Assembly: GCA_043228905.1 (NCBI GenBank)
Contig: JBHGNT010000012.1
Location: forward strand, 20,026,001 to 20,090,000
Length of the DNA: 64,000 nt
Reading direction: 5' to 3'
Source: Azolla caroliniana
Lineage: Eukaryota > Plantae > Polypodiophyta
Shown: one piece after another, positions 10,140 to 25,016 of the stretch
How positions within the stretch are numbered: the first letter of the stretch is position 1
How the letters are laid out: each line of letters begins with the position of its first letter
Translations under genes and position numbers: made by a program
The notes under the pieces: model-generated
Database searches by the model: none
What the model was told of the DNA's origin: nothing
The model's input: only the letters and a program-made list of their open reading frames with translations

Positions 10140-13100
10140 ATGGGTATTTGCTATAGCACAAAGACGTCTGAAGAAGAAGTAGATGAAGACAAAGAAGAAG
10201 AAGCTGAAGGAGAAGGAGAAGGAGAAGGAGATGGAGATGGAGATAATTATGATAAAGAAGAAGATCATGAAAGCTTAGAAGAAGGAGAAGGAAATGGAGA
10301 TGGAGATGGAGATAGAGGAGGATTTGCCATACCCTCGGAATTATTAAACCTAAAGAGTAATCAAATCCAAGAAACCATTGATTATGGGCGATCAGAAAAG
10401 CAGAGGAAATCTCCTTCCTCCTCCTCCTCCTTCTTGAAACGGTCTTCACACTTCAGAGTCTTCTCTTCTTCGTCGTCGCCATTCAGACCTTCACCATTTA
10501 GGTTTTCTTCACCATTCAGAGCTTCACCTGGAAATGGGTCCTCTGTTAATTGTGTGAAAAGGCCATTTCCTCCTCCCTCTCCATCAAAACACATTCAAAT
10601 AGCTCTGTTGAATCGCCATGGAATTCAAACAGGTCTTCCGAAACTTGGATTGAGAACAGAAGAACAAAGTTACGAGTCGTTGTTTGGTTTTAGTAAGGAC
10701 TTTAGCGTGAATTATGATATTGGCAAAGAGATTGGAAGAGGCCATTTTGGTCATACTTGTAGAGCTAAGATAAAGAAAGGTAGGATGAAAGGCCATGACG
10801 TTGCTGTGAAGGTTATCTCTAAAGCTAAGGTATGTGGTTTTCTTTCTTTGCTTAATATGCTTTTGGGTCTTTCCAACCCCCTCTATGAATTGATTCCATG
10901 GAGTTTTTGATGTGTATGCAATTATGTTTTCATATTGAGGTTATGTTGTTTTTTCCTTTTCCACATTTAAGACCTTAGAGTATTGACGTGAATGATCTTT
11001 GTGTTGTTAGTTTTTTTGTTTTGTGGATAACCATATAAATTTTCTCCATTTGAAAGATCTTGTGTTGTTTGGTTGATGTCATATTGCATGTTTGGATGTG
11101 AAGAACCTTGTGTGTTTTAATTGATTTACATTGTTTATTTTGATGTTGTGTGTTTGATTGATTGAATTATGTGCTTTAAATCTTGTGTTGTTCAATGGGG
11201 TTATAATATTGTTTTCGTTACCCATGTATCTAAGAAAGGGAGCGTTTTTACATGAAGAATCTTGCATTGTTTGAATTGAGTTATATTCTATTTTTTATGT
11301 GAATGGTCTTGTTTTGAAAAGTCATTATTATTGTCTTCTTCAGCTATATATCTAAAAAGGCCAGAGCTTAGATGAATAATATTGTGTTGCTTTAATGAGT
11401 TATGTTGTGGCATATGAATGGTACATGTGTTATTTGACACCTTTTCCTCTCTCAATCTTTCCAATTGTTGATCTCAACATATTTCTCTCTGTAATCCACC
11501 ACAGATGACCACAGCTATTGCCATTGATGATGTGAGAAGAGAGGTCAAGATATTGAGAGCCCTCTCTGGCCACAAAAACCTAATCCGATTCTATGATGCA
11601 TATGAGGATGATTGGAACGTGTACATGGTCATGGAGTAAGTTTGTGTGTTTGATAGAAGACTTTCAAATTTGAGTTCTCAATCTGATGAAATACTGGTGT
11701 AGTGTGGTTGTTTACTAATTTATTTGGCACCTCTCTCTCTCTCTCTCTCTGCACAGGTTATGTGAGGGCGGTGAGCTGCTCGATCGGATACTGGCAAGGT
11801 ATTGTTATACCATGGAATTAATTGTCATTTACATGCTGATTTTACACTGGAAATCACTGGATTCCTGCAGATATTCTAGTGTGAGTCTCATGAGAGAACC
11901 AATTGTTAACACAAGTAATGCTATTTTTTAATACCCTTTGAATTAGATCTCACACACCAGAAAATTCATACTGATGCTCACGAACACGGGAAGATGCTGC
12001 ACATTTGCCTACATTCATGCATTTGTGTTTCAGTGCTATCTACTTGCAGAGGATCTCAAATGGTATAGTTTTTTATTCATACAATCAATGTGTTTGTGCC
12101 TTCAGAGGTGGAAGATATTCTGAAGAAGAGGCGAAAGTCGTCATTGTGCAGATTTTGGATGTGGTGACGTTCTTTCATCTTCAAGGGGTTGTGCATCGTG
12201 ATCTTAAACCAGAGGTACCTTACACTGATCATGGCTGCTCAAATAAAATTCTCCTAATCTTATATGTATCAAGTAAGCTATTAATAACTGTATTTATATA
12301 ACTTTCATCAACTATACATGCGTCAAGTAATCTTGTATTGATTGTATATGTACCAGAAAAGCTTCTGTTTATTTTATGCATATCAAGTGAACTTTTTGTT
12401 GAAGGTATATGTAATGCTTTCTGGACTCTTGTAAAGGTTCTTGCCATTCCTAGTGAAATAGATAGATTTGTAATGGCTATTTGATATTTTTTAGCATGTG
12501 GGAAAGCATATGAAAACTGTTCAGTTCGTGTACAGAACTTTTTATATACCACCAAGGAAGAGAATGCGAAGCTTAAGGTCATTGATTTTGGGCTATCTGA
12601 TTTTGTGAGGCCAGGTGAAATAGAAGAGATCTTAAACCCATTATTGTCTTCTTAATCAAACCTACGTGAAAATGATCAAGCTTATTCGTGGTGCTCTTTT
12701 GCATATGTAGATGAGAGGTTGGATGACATTGTTGGAAGTGCTTACTATGTTGCACCTGAGGTCCTTCGGAAGTCATATAGCATAGAAGCTGATGTATGGA
12801 GCATCGGTGTCATAACATATATTCTACTATGTGGTAGTCGGCCATTTTGGGCACGTACAGAATCAGGCATATTCAGGTCGGTCTTGAAGACAGATCCAAG
12901 CTTCGATGAGGTGCCATGGCCTGCAATATCGGATGATGCAAAGGATTTCGTAAAGCGTCTTCTGACAAAAAATCGGCACAAGAGAATGACAGCTGCTCAG
13001 GCACTGGGTAAGTCCTATCTTTGGCTTGTATGTAGCAACTGAAATTTTCTCTTCTACAACTTCACCTATATTTATGCCAAATCATAGCATATTATCAATG

Positions 13101-14801
13101 CATTATTGGGAACATAACATTTGAGTTACTGTAGCAAAATCTTTTTGTTCAATGTAGGAATGCCTGTTTTAAGGATTTTCAATATGAACTTAACTATGTG
13201 TATTTGTTCTTGTATTGGATCAGCACATCCCTGGGTTCGTGGATATAAAAGTATACCGCTTGATATATTGGTATTTAGATCTGTTAAATCTTACTTTTGC
13301 TCCTCAACTGTTAGACGAACAGCTCTGAAGGTAATGGATAAGAAATTCATCTCCCTTGACATGGTAGCATGTATGCATCTTTTTATGCCATATATATATC
13401 ATAAACAAAAGTATCCAGTGATGAACAAGAGGGGGTCCATAAAGTCTAATGAAGGCAGGAATCCATCCTTCAAGCCATGAAACCCTGCAAGAACATTACT
13501 CTGAACCAATGCCAATTTCTTTGTAGTTTGATGGTATTATTTGTTCTATTAACTTCCATGCAAGGAATATTTAGGGCTTTTATTTCGATATATGTATGTA
13601 CAAAGTATTAAAATCTTGATTTGTAACCTCTCCTATCGGTGTGCAGGCCTTCTCAAAAACATTGTCAGAAGATGGCTTGTTTTACTTACAAGCTCAGTTT
13701 CTTCTCTTGAGGCCCAGTAAAAATGGACGAGTATCATTTGACAACTTCAAATCCGTGAGTGCTTGAGCATGACTGCATCTTTTTTGGATTATATTACGTG
13801 GGTGTGCAATATGTACCTTCAACTGTATTTGATGAAATGTGATCATCACTAGCACAATCCTCACATACTCTATGCTTTTTTGGAAGTAGGCTCTTATGAA
13901 AAATGCAACAGAGGCGATGAACATATCTAGGATACTTGAGATGATGGCATCGGTATGTATTTGGATGTTCGCTGTTTGTGTATCTATAGGTATGTCTATA
14001 TATAGAGAAAAACTCCAAAGACATCCCTCACACTATTTGTTGGTATTTATCAGTATACCCATAGTTATTCCAAAAGTTGTGGTAGTTTATGTATGACAGA
14101 GGAGTACTTTTTGCAATTCTTCAAAATGGACAGGGTATATTTGGGTGGGTGATAGGCTTTGTGTGGATTGATGGCAGATGAATAAACTTCATTTCAAGAT
14201 GGACTTTGAGGAGTTCTGTAGTGCAGCTATTAGCACACCTCAATTTGAAAGATGGGAGTGGCAAGTAGACAATGCCTATGAAATCTTCGAAGATGAAGGA
14301 AATCGGGTTGTGATGATTGAAGATCTTGCTAAGGTAAGATCTACATCTTACATGAATCAGTCATTAGATAATAAATTAGTAAAATCATACACACATATAG
14401 TAAAATAGCTAATATAAGGTATTCAGCATTTGTTCTTCTGATACAATAATAACTATCGTCTTGCTTGAATTGAACAATTTGACCATTCTTGAACAGTCTG
14501 ACAAAAAGATACACCAATTTTTTATTACTAAAAAATTGTGGTATTTGTTTTTCTTAATTTCCTTTGCCCATGAAAATTCAGCCAATTAGATTACTAGAGA
14601 AACAAAGCAAAGTCCCAAATTTTTCTCCCACACTTAATGGGCATTTGACATTTTGCATTGCTTCAGGAACTCGGTGTACCATCCACGCTACCAGCACACC
14701 TGGTTTTACGTGATTGGGTTCGGCATAATGATGGGAAATTGAGTTTTTTTGCTTTCAAAAACTTGCTCTTAGGAATGTTGCCACAAAGTAGACCTTGCTA
14801 A
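10140..14801 (+). CDS. CRK: CDPK-related protein kinase (CRK), 11 coding exons: 10140-10829, 11505-11635, 11757-11798, 12106-12214, 12536-12614, 12711-13007, 13224-13330, 13647-13754, 13890-13952, 14178-14333, 14667-14801
   Basis: MGICYS myristoylation/palmitoylation start; [13 protein letters not shown] and FGFSKDF CRK signatures; [32 protein letters not shown] and [13 protein letters not shown]; degenerate EF-hand tail. All introns are GT-AG and the frame is consistent to TAA at 14799-14801. Confidence 0.93.
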
Positions 14802-14832
14802 TACTATATATCTACCTATCTATATATATGGT

Positions 14833-15215
14833 TATTGCTTCTAAATGGGGATATATAACTACACTTGGATAAGCTGCACAACTTCCTAGTGGCTAACCAA
14901 TTGTTACCAAGTGGAGATATATAACTTAATTTGGATAAGCTTTGCCCAGATTGTACTTAACTAACCACTTGCTACTAAATAACTTCATCAGGACAAGCTC
15001 CCCCATTTTGTAGTTAATTAACCAGATATTGTTGCTAAATGGAGACATAGAACTAAATTTGGAGATGCTGCCCAATTTGTAAATAATTAACTGAATTGGT
15101 TGGTAAATAGAGGTACACAAATAACTTCATTTTTAACCAGATTGTTTCTAAATGGAGCTATACAATTAACTCCATTTTTTGTTGAGAAGTTGTTGCTAAA
15201 TGGAAATATGTTAAC
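14833..15215. repeat. Degenerate ~65-70-bp tandem repeat downstream of the CRK stop
   Basis: Recurring TTG(C/T)TAAATGGAGATATATAACT...TTGGATAAGCT motif, 5-6 copies. Confidence 0.6.
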
Positions 15216-17449
15216 TTCAGTACTCCCTCGACTTCAGGATATGATCAGACATAGCATTCCCATTACATTGCGAAATTTGCATTGGATTACTCCCAAAGAG
15301 CTTCTTTGTCAAGTGGTTTTGTTGAATTTGAGGTTTTCACACATTGGCAAGATCATCACAAGTTTTTCCTTTCATTCAATATTGCAGAAAACCATCCTGG
15401 GAGCCTAGAACTCTTGAATTTTTATACAATTCCAAGAGTTTTCTCTACATCCTTTATATTCATTATTTTCCTTCTAATTTGGCTATTTATTTACATACCC
15501 AAACTAAATCCACAAATTTACTCGTACTAATCACTGACAATGAAGATACTATTATGAAAATATGAAAGATTAGCCAGATGTTGCTAGTTATTTGATAAGC
15601 AATTACACCCCTCAGCTGAGTGAGAAGATGAGGGTGAGAAGCATTATGATGTAACCAATGGTTAAGGATTTTGTATATTAAAGAAAAAATGTGATCAAGT
15701 AAAGAATTTTTTTAAATGAAAAATAAAAAAATATGCTATGACAATAATAAATTCTATATTTAAAAATAAGAAAACAAATGTATTTAATAAAAAAACAAGC
15801 GAAATTATGAGATTGAGCATATGTATGGATAACTTCGAAAAGAAAAAAGAAAAAGAAAAAATCAACTAAAAGAGATCCATATTTAATGAACGGAAAATCA
15901 CAAAATTGAATGAAAATCATCTTTGTGGAGTCTTTGATGGTAAATTTGAACTCATCTTTCTTTTATGCCCAAGGTTTACTTGAAATGTGATCAAATGTGA
16001 ACATTTGACTCAACATTGAAATGTTTGCCCTCAAGAACCTAGGGTTGATTTTGGCATCATCTTCAACAAAATTATTACAATTACCATCATGACCTTGCAA
16101 CTTGTCGGAAAAAATGGGCTTATTCTTGGACAATTTTAGCTATAGTATGGATGGAGAGAAATAAACATGAGGTGCATTTCCCACCTTGGTCTCAAAAGCT
16201 TATATATTCTATGTGAGTAGGTAGATAGAGGATATTTTTAGTGTGGAATCTTAAAGTTACACCACTTGTGCCCTAGTCTAAGACTTTGACAATAAAATAG
16301 TCTTAAGGCATGGCAATAAGGTAGGATGATGACATCAAGTATAGTTGAATAGATAGTAGCTAGCTTCAAAAAACCTTGCCCTGCTATTTGTCAATATTAT
16401 GGAACAAATGATGGTGCAATTTGAAGTACACTTTCGTGTTCAACTATGCCTCCTACAAAGAGCCTCTTGTAAGGGATAGGTTGATTGGTGGAGCTCATGT
16501 TCTTGAAGGCAAACTTTATAACAAAAGTACACTAGTGAGTGTAGTATGTGTGATGAATAGCCTCTAGATTGAGAGGATATGGCATGATTGCACCAATGAA
16601 ACCAATGGCATAAAACGAATAATACTCGCCTTGAAGAACAACATGGATGGGTGCGAGGAGTTTGGACATATTTTGATATGGTAGATGATGTATATAGCTT
16701 GCATATAAAATTGTTGGAATTAAGTTGTAGAGGTTTAGGAATATATTGGGTTATTCCAAAAGCTCATATTTAAAAAGTATGTGGCATAGGTAGGCCAATA
16801 TTGAAAGTGTCATTTCATAACAAACATCTTGATCTTATGAACTTTCTCAAGGTAATGACATGACACTAAATAGGCCAATAAGATGGTTGTACTGCTAATT
16901 ACGCAAGTCTTTCTCGTCCAAATATGCAAATGCATTACATACTGTTACTAAGTATTAATAACATGCATATTTGTATGATAGATGTTATAATTGTGTTATG
17001 TTTATGACTTTGCCACAAGGCATTGAGTGTTGTTGGGATGTATGCAAATTACAATGCCCCATATCTTTTTCGAAGGTTGTCATTCTTTTTTCAATAAAGA
17101 CACCAACCTCTAGGGAAGCTGTACTCCTAATAATATATAAGCCTACACTATATTGTCCACATGCTCAATTGGAGGGTCGATCTAGAGTCATCGAATATCT
17201 CCATGGACGATATCTCTATGACAAAGATCACAAGTCTTGGATTGGTGTGACTTTGGAAAATGTCCTACGTCAAGAAAAGACAAAGAAGATTTCGAGGGTC
17301 AGCCTAGTGCATCGTAGGTCCGTATTCGAGTTAAGAAGGAGAAGACGCGCTAGCAAGTGAAGAAAAGTGAATTCGAGAAAAGTGAAAATTTAACTCTATA
17401 GAAGGAAGGGGCGGGGTGCTTTACTCTACCGATCTATCATGAGGGAGTG

Positions 17450-18022
<573 letters not shown>

Positions 18023-19558
18023 ATATATTAACGTCTTCTAAGGCCAAAATTGGCCCATGAGACAAATGGTGTACAACAAAAATGGGATATTTACCCATTC
18101 ATCGAAAGTAAAAATAAAAATAAGATAAAATAGAGTTTAAGCTAAATAGTTCTAAGAAAACAGTAGGGATTTGGTGGGGATGCTCCCAGCAGGGGGGCAC
18201 GGGAGGGGGGGGGGGGGGGATGGGCGTCAGATTTGACGGCCGTTTAGACGGCCGACGCTTCGGCTTCCATAACGGCCCCCCCTCAAACGTTGACGGCGCT
18301 TGCAGCTGCCGTTATAAAAAAAAAAAAAACACATCAATCAAAATAATAATAAACATTTTGCCCACGTGCTTTAAAAAGTGGTGATGTTTTGGAGGAGAGA
18401 AGGAAAAAAAAAAAACGATCCTATTATTAATAAATAAATAAATAAAACAATTTTGCACTTTATTTATTTTCCACATTATTGGGGTGTGTGTGTGTGTGTG
18501 TGTGTATTGTATGTGTATGTGTGCATTGTGCATGTATGTATTATGTATGTATTGTATATGTATGCATGTATGCATGTATCCATGTATGTTGTATTGAATA
18601 TTTATTTATGTATGTATGTATGTAATGGATGTATCGTAGGTAGGTTAGGTCGGTAGGTATGTATGTGTGTGTGTGTGTAATCTCATGTACGTGCATATAG
18701 TTGCTAGTAGGGCTAGGCCTCGATGGTGAGTGTTTCTTTTGGTGATCTTTAAGGTTTTTTTTTGCTACGGGGTCATTGAGGCGAAGGAACATACCGTATG
18801 ATTGTTGTGCCCTTAGTGCGACCACATTTAGAGAGTTGTGAATTGGCAAGCCGGATAGTTAAAAAGCTACACCTTTCAGGCAGAACATTCGATCTTGCAT
18901 GCCATTTAAAACCCCTAAACCCTGGACGTTAAATGGAACATTTGAGGCTTCATTCGCACATGCGTGCATTGTGCAGGTATGTTTGTAGTTGAACCAACTG
19001 CAACGCTAGCAAAGTGTTGGTTTAGAATACATGCAGGCGAACATCTCCGGATGAGAGAATTCACATTCTCGAAAGAGGGTGCTTCGGATGGCCGAAACGG
19101 ACACGACAACAGGAGCATTCTGGCCGAAGGCTTTCACGGGCACTACATGTGTGAGGACGAAGCATAATTCGAGAACAAAAGACAAGGCTTGAGAAAGTCT
19201 TGACGGCATGAGTTGTGTGTCATGTGGATTGCTAGAGTACATAAGGTGGTAGTCGACAACGGCGAGGGGTCCATCTCTTTTCTTTTCTTTTTGGACCCCC
19301 TCTATCCGCGTAATAGATTTCATTCTTAATATATATATATATCTTTACATATACACATAGATATGATCTCTCCCTCCTTATCCTAGTCCTTGGTGTATAT
19401 CTTATGGGATCCTTGGGGTTCTTTAAGTTTTCTTTCTTTCTTCAATTCCTTCTTCCAATTTACATCTGTGGCCCCTTGACTTTTGGGGGCATTAAGGCAG
19501 GGAAAGGGTTTTGTAACGCCCAACTCCACTGAAGAAGCTCTTTTAAATGGGGGAAACC

Positions 19559-19602
<44 letters not shown>

Positions 19603-19940
19603 ATGCATGCAACCCAAGAGGGAACAACACTACCTTGTGTCTCTTCCCATCCTACACACACACACACACACACACACATCACATCACATATATAGTTGTA
19701 CCCACACCCCCCCCCCCCCCCTTCATTGTCTCCTAAGTAGCCCACATTCTCTTCACAATCATCATTTTCTTCTTCTTATTCTTCTTTTTCACTACTACAC
19801 TCTTTAGTTCCTCTACTTGTCCCCATTGTTTCTTCTTCTTCTTCACTACACACTCTTTAGTTCCTCTACATTGTGTCCCCATTTGTTTGGCCTCATCATT
19901 AGCATATATTCTCTCTATCTTAGGCTACTACAGTACACCA

Positions 19941-21260
19941 ATGGCTCCCTCATCTTGTCCTCGGGATCCCTCGACCCGCTTCTCCAAGAATCGGCTAACG
20001 GGCCATACCTGTCATTTCTCTCCACGGGCTCCTTCGCCCCCGCCCCGCCCCCGACCCCGACGCGGTGTCCACATCATCCACATAAAAGGCCCTAGGGTCG
20101 TCACGACCGACCCGCGAAACTTCCGGAGCCTCGTCCAAAACCTCACTGGCTTGAAAGCTCCGAGTAAACCGAATTCCTCGGCACCCCACCACCCCGTGGA
20201 CAAACAATTGTCGGCGACATCTACAACCCCATCACCAATGTCTAACGAATATCCGCAGTTAATGTCATCATTATCAAAACAAGAATCACCCATCACAACT
20301 ACAAATAAGCCAATTATACCTCCATCTCCATCTCCATCTCCATCTCCATCTCCATTCAATTCCATTTCCTCCTTTTCTAGCCAACCAATGGATCACAACA
20401 TATGCCCTAATCATAACACAAACAATGTTTTCATTAGTTTCCAACCTAATCATCTCCACATGGGCTTAAACAATCCATCCAATCCCAACATTAACAACAT
20501 TGCTCCTCTTAGTGAACCAATAACTCCTCATCTTCCTTTGCTACTAACTCCTCTGGCTTTTCAAGAGCAATTGCAACAAATTAACAACAACATTAATAAA
20601 ATCCCCAACAACAATAGTAATAATCTTCACTCTCCTAATACTAACCATTCTAATCCACATCATGTGAACCATGATCTTGATACGGCCTTCCTAATATGTG
20701 ATGATGATCATGAATTGGGCTTCTCTACATCAACACCCAACATAGTAGACTGCATTGAGATGAACACATCCCTAAATAGTATGGGTAGCTCTCCAACCAA
20801 TTCTTTAGTATTCTATGGTCCAGACAATTCTAGTAGTAGTAGCACTAGTTCTAGCACTAATGAGCTAAATGTAGAGAATTACAATTATAGCCCAACAATG
20901 GCTAGTCCAAGTACAAGACTGGATGATGATGATGGTGATGATCATGACCATGACAATGATGAGAGCACCACAGAGTGGGACATTATCTATGGACTCTTAT
21001 GTGATATTCCCACCAACATTGGCAACAACAACAACATCTATAACCCAACTATTCCTTCCCTTCAATGTAACTTCAATGTCACTACTACTAGAGACTTCAC
21101 CACCCCTTGTAGTACCACTAACTTTGGCCCTAGAGACTTCGCCACCCCTAGTAGTTGTCCCTCGTTCACTTCCTTGGTCCCTACTTTAAAAGCCCATGAG
21201 AACACCATCACGAGTTGTCACTACTACTCGAGCCGGAACATCCCCGCTCGATTTTTGTAG
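19941..21260 (+). CDS. VQ-motif-containing protein (intronless, ~439 aa)
   Basis: ATG at 19941, in frame with the 457-aa ORF. GPRVVTTDPRNFRSLVQNLTG matches the FxxxVQxLTG VQ motif; long S/N/P-rich disordered tail. Confidence 0.9.
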   Translation: MAPSSCPRDPSTRFSKNRLTGHTCHFSPRAPSPPPRPRPRRGVHIIHIKGPRVVTTDPRNFRSLVQNLTGLKAPSKPNSSAPHHPVDKQLSATSTTPSPMSNEYPQLMSSLSKQESPITTTNKPIIPPSPSPSPSPSPFNSISSFSSQPMDHNICPNHNTNNVFISFQPNHLHMGLNNPSNPNINNIAPLSEPITPHLPLLLTPLAFQEQLQQINNNINKIPNNNSNNLHSPNTNHSNPHHVNHDLDTAFLICDDDHELGFSTSTPNIVDCIEMNTSLNSMGSSPTNSLVFYGPDNSSSSSTSSSTNELNVENYNYSPTMASPSTRLDDDDGDDHDHDNDESTTEWDIIYGLLCDIPTNIGNNNNIYNPTIPSLQCNFNVTTTRDFTTPCSTTNFGPRDFATPSSCPSFTSLVPTLKAHENTITSCHYYSSRNIPARFL

Positions 21261-23502
21261 CCTTCGATTCATTAGTTCATTGGTAATTGAAAGCAATACT
21301 CAATTAACTTAAAATTCTGCCATGAACTCTCCCCTCTCTTGTGTCTTATGTCTTGGTGGGTGGGGGTGACACTTGGATCATTGGTTCATACCCCCCGTTG
21401 GTATTATAATTGGTGACACATATTCCAAGACACTTTTGCATACACATTCATAGGTCCATCACACAAGTTATGGATTTGTTTTTCATTCTAAATCTCGACA
21501 TCCAATGGCAATGGCCATATATATAGTTACATCAAACTTTTTATAAAGCTTGAGTTTAATTGGTTAAAATGCACACTCAAAAGCCTAGTTTTGATCTTTT
21601 ATTCACGATGCTCCTATTTAAAAGATGGAATTTAAGGTTTCCTTACCATTATTCCACAACTGCGCATGAACTTTATCGCCATACGTTATTCATCCTTGGT
21701 ACTGACTTTCATGTTGAATAAATTCACGAAGTTTATGTGATGATCAAAGCCTATCCAACTTTAGCCAAAGACAATCCATTTGTCATGGAAGCTTACTTCC
21801 AAAAACCTTTATTATAAAGTCTACTAAGTTGAGGGAGCAAAGTTTAAATATATAAAAGTTTATGAATCATTGTACATATTTGAGAATAAAGTCACTTGAT
21901 TGAGTAAAAGTCTTTAATCCTTAAAGAAACAACATAAAGATATCTTCCTCCATTTCAAGGCATGTTATTTTTCCTTTTAAAAAACAGCCTATTTGTTAGA
22001 TTTCTTCAATGGTTTTGTCACTTGTGTTCATGATACAATAACCTTGCATAATGCACATCGAGGCTTTCATCACTTATGACTCCCATACGTCAAATAGAAG
22101 AAGATATATGTCAAAAAGAAGATACTCCAGTTGTGCCTAGTGATGTATAGTAGGGCCTTATATTTACCATACTAGATTGAGGCTCACATGCAATATGGAC
22201 TAGAGGACATATTTCTACATACTTTGTATCATCCCTACAACTCTTCACAAATGAACAATTACTTGTATTAACTCTCGTAATGTAAACAAAAACATGTGTG
22301 CTCCGGTATAGATTACACAAGCTTCGAACCCATACATACATATATATAGCCTCTTTAAATGAGTACACTAGGATATACTCATTTGGATTCGCCGATCAAT
22401 GCCATTGGGATGTAGCTTAAGGCTTAGTCATGAGTTGTAAAATATAATGACATATAGTTACAACATTGCAAAGAAAACATATGTGATGTGTGGAGAAAAT
22501 ATAATTATAAATTGTTCTCTCAACTCACACCCCATCCCACAAGCATTAATCTTCTTCGCTCTTTTGGTTTTCACAAAGCACGACTATTCTTTCCTAGGAA
22601 GTTTAAATGTGTCTCTAGCAAGTCCAAGGACAATCCTAGTGTTCTCAGTGTAGAGAGTTTCCAATCCACTTAGTGCGGTTCATGCATAATTTCTCTTTCC
22701 AAATCATTCACCTCTTTTCCATGTAAGTGTAAGTCTTGAAGTAGAAACAAGCAAGTGCCACCATAGTTATCCGGGACAAGTTTGCTATAAGTTGATCATT
22801 GTGCATTAATGCACCCCATGTTCATCGAAGGACACACCTCAAGTTAGGAATATTTTCAAAGCAAGCAACTTATAATAACATCACCTAGCCTCGAGTCCCA
22901 TCTCTAGAGGCTTTGAACTATTTCTTAGATGTCTTACATGTTTCGATGTACATGAAACCAAAACACAACTTCCTCATTGAAATCATGCATATGAAATGAT
23001 CATGATCACATGACAAGATACAATCATCCAATGCAATGAAGTTATAGTTAAAGAAGAAATTTGATTCTTTTTCTTTGTGTGCACATATCTATATATGTCA
23101 AGTTAGCATTTAGATCAAAGCATTTGTATGACAAAAGAACTCGTATACCAAGTGTCGTGCCATGGCTACTAACCTCCGAGGGCTTGCTTTACTATATGTA
23201 GTTGTGTCTTTCGTGTAGAGTACATATGTGTATACTAATTTGCTTGTACCACGAGTTGGGCAGATGTATTTAATATGTACTCCAAATCACTTCTATACTT
23301 TCCATGAGAACTTAATTAGCTTTCTTGTTGGCATTCTAGATCCAAACTCAGCTTGGTGTGAAATGGCTTTCATACTTTCTTATGGTGGTCACTACCTTAG
23401 GGTTTTAAAAAAACTTTAATTCCTGACCTAGAAGGAGATGATCATTTCCCCTGGTTTGCTCCTAACTTATATGCATGCATTCATTCTCCACAATTAGGCT
23501 GC

Positions 23503-23853
23503 TATCATACCAATCCAATTGATCCTGTAATGGAAACCATGGGGAATTTCATTTTTGGTATTGTATGATGTAGAAGAGATTAATTCTTAGTTTGTTGATA
23601 ATGCAGGAGTTAATCTATCATACCGATCCAAATGATTCATGTAATGGAAACCATGGGGAATTTCAATTTTGGTATTGTATGATGTAGAAGAGATTAATTC
23701 TTGGTTTGTTGATAATGCAGGAGGAGTTACCCTATCATACCGATCCAATTGATCATGTAATGGAAACCATGGGGAATTTCATTTTTGGTATTTCTATGAT
23801 GTAGAATCTGAGATTAAATCCTGGTTTGTTGATGATGCAGAAGGAGTTACCGA
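23503..23853. repeat. Tandem repeat, ~115-120-bp unit x3
   Basis: TATCATACCGATCCAATTGATCATGTAATGGAAACCATGGGGAATTTC...GATAATGCAGGAG repeated three times. Confidence 0.9.
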
Positions 23854-24827
23854 TTAGCTTTATCCTGCAATGAGATTGACAAAAACATATAACAAGTTTT
23901 CGGCTTGTGCTTACGATCCGAACAGATCTTCTTCCGAGATCAGATCTCCTTCTACTTATTGTTTGGGTGCTCTAATCATGCTTTTTAAGCATCTTGTGGC
24001 TGACCATGATTCTGTTTGATATGCAACTTGTGATCTTGATTTTAGCTCTCTAAATTTGGCCAGTCTATCACCATGGCTGCATCGATACCACTACTACTAC
24101 TACTGTTTGCTTCACCATTCTCTCCTGGGGAAGCTTCCATAAGATCTGTTGATTGTTGTGGCCATTGTTTTGGGGCTGTGATTACGATGGGTTACACCAT
24201 TGCCAGATTCATTCTCGATCTCTACTCAGTTTTCCGGAAATTTGTCATTTCTCTCACTTTGTATTAAATCTGATTCTTAATCTACTTTTTCATTCATGTC
24301 TCGTTCCATCTCCACAAATTCTTCTTCGATTCTGAGTAAGAATCTCGCTTGAGTCACTTCAATTCCTTGGCTTCACTCAAGACTGAAGAATTTGTAGATA
24401 TCGAACAAGGCATGAAATTAAAAGCACCGGACTGCATTTCCAACCATTTCCTTGAAGCTTTGAGCAAAAATTTATTGAGATAATAATTTATCCCTAAAAT
24501 TTTACGGCCTGATTCCTTTTCAAAACAAGGAGCAATCAATGATTTCGCCAGATTTTCTTGCATCTCGTACCATAACCTGCAACCTTCTCCTAATTTCTCG
24601 AAGGGTTATGTATAAAATCCTTTTATTTGTGAGATTACTATTCTTTTTTAGTATAAGAAATTTTTAGTTTAAAATAATCATGGAAAATCAAATTCTGTAT
24701 GGATTGATTAAATGCATGATCATTAATCGTGATGATCAAAGAAATGCTAATTAATTAGTACAATGTGTTTGGAGTTCTTATTGAATCCGTGGATTCGGGA
24801 TTGCTAAATCTTAATCAAAATGTTGAT

Positions 24828-25016
24828 TCTAAGTTTGCTCAATTAGAGGCACTTCCATCAATCATGCCAAAATTTCCACTTCTAATCTTATCGAAACCGT
24901 TGACTCTTAAGTTGCTCAATTAGGGCTCACTTCCATTGATCATGCGAAATCTATCACTTCTCTAAGTTGCTCAATTAGAGCTCACTTCCATTGATCATGC
25001 GAAATCTATCACTTCT
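24828..25016. repeat. Tandem repeat, ~55-bp unit x3
   Basis: TAAGTTGCTCAATTAG(A/G)GCTCACTTCCATTGATCATGCGAAATCTATCACTTC repeated. Confidence 0.9.

Noticed and set aside
16140-16260. Possible hAT dimerisation-domain relic (W...HEVHFP...IFSV)
   Set aside because: Too degenerate to support without a search; no TIRs found.
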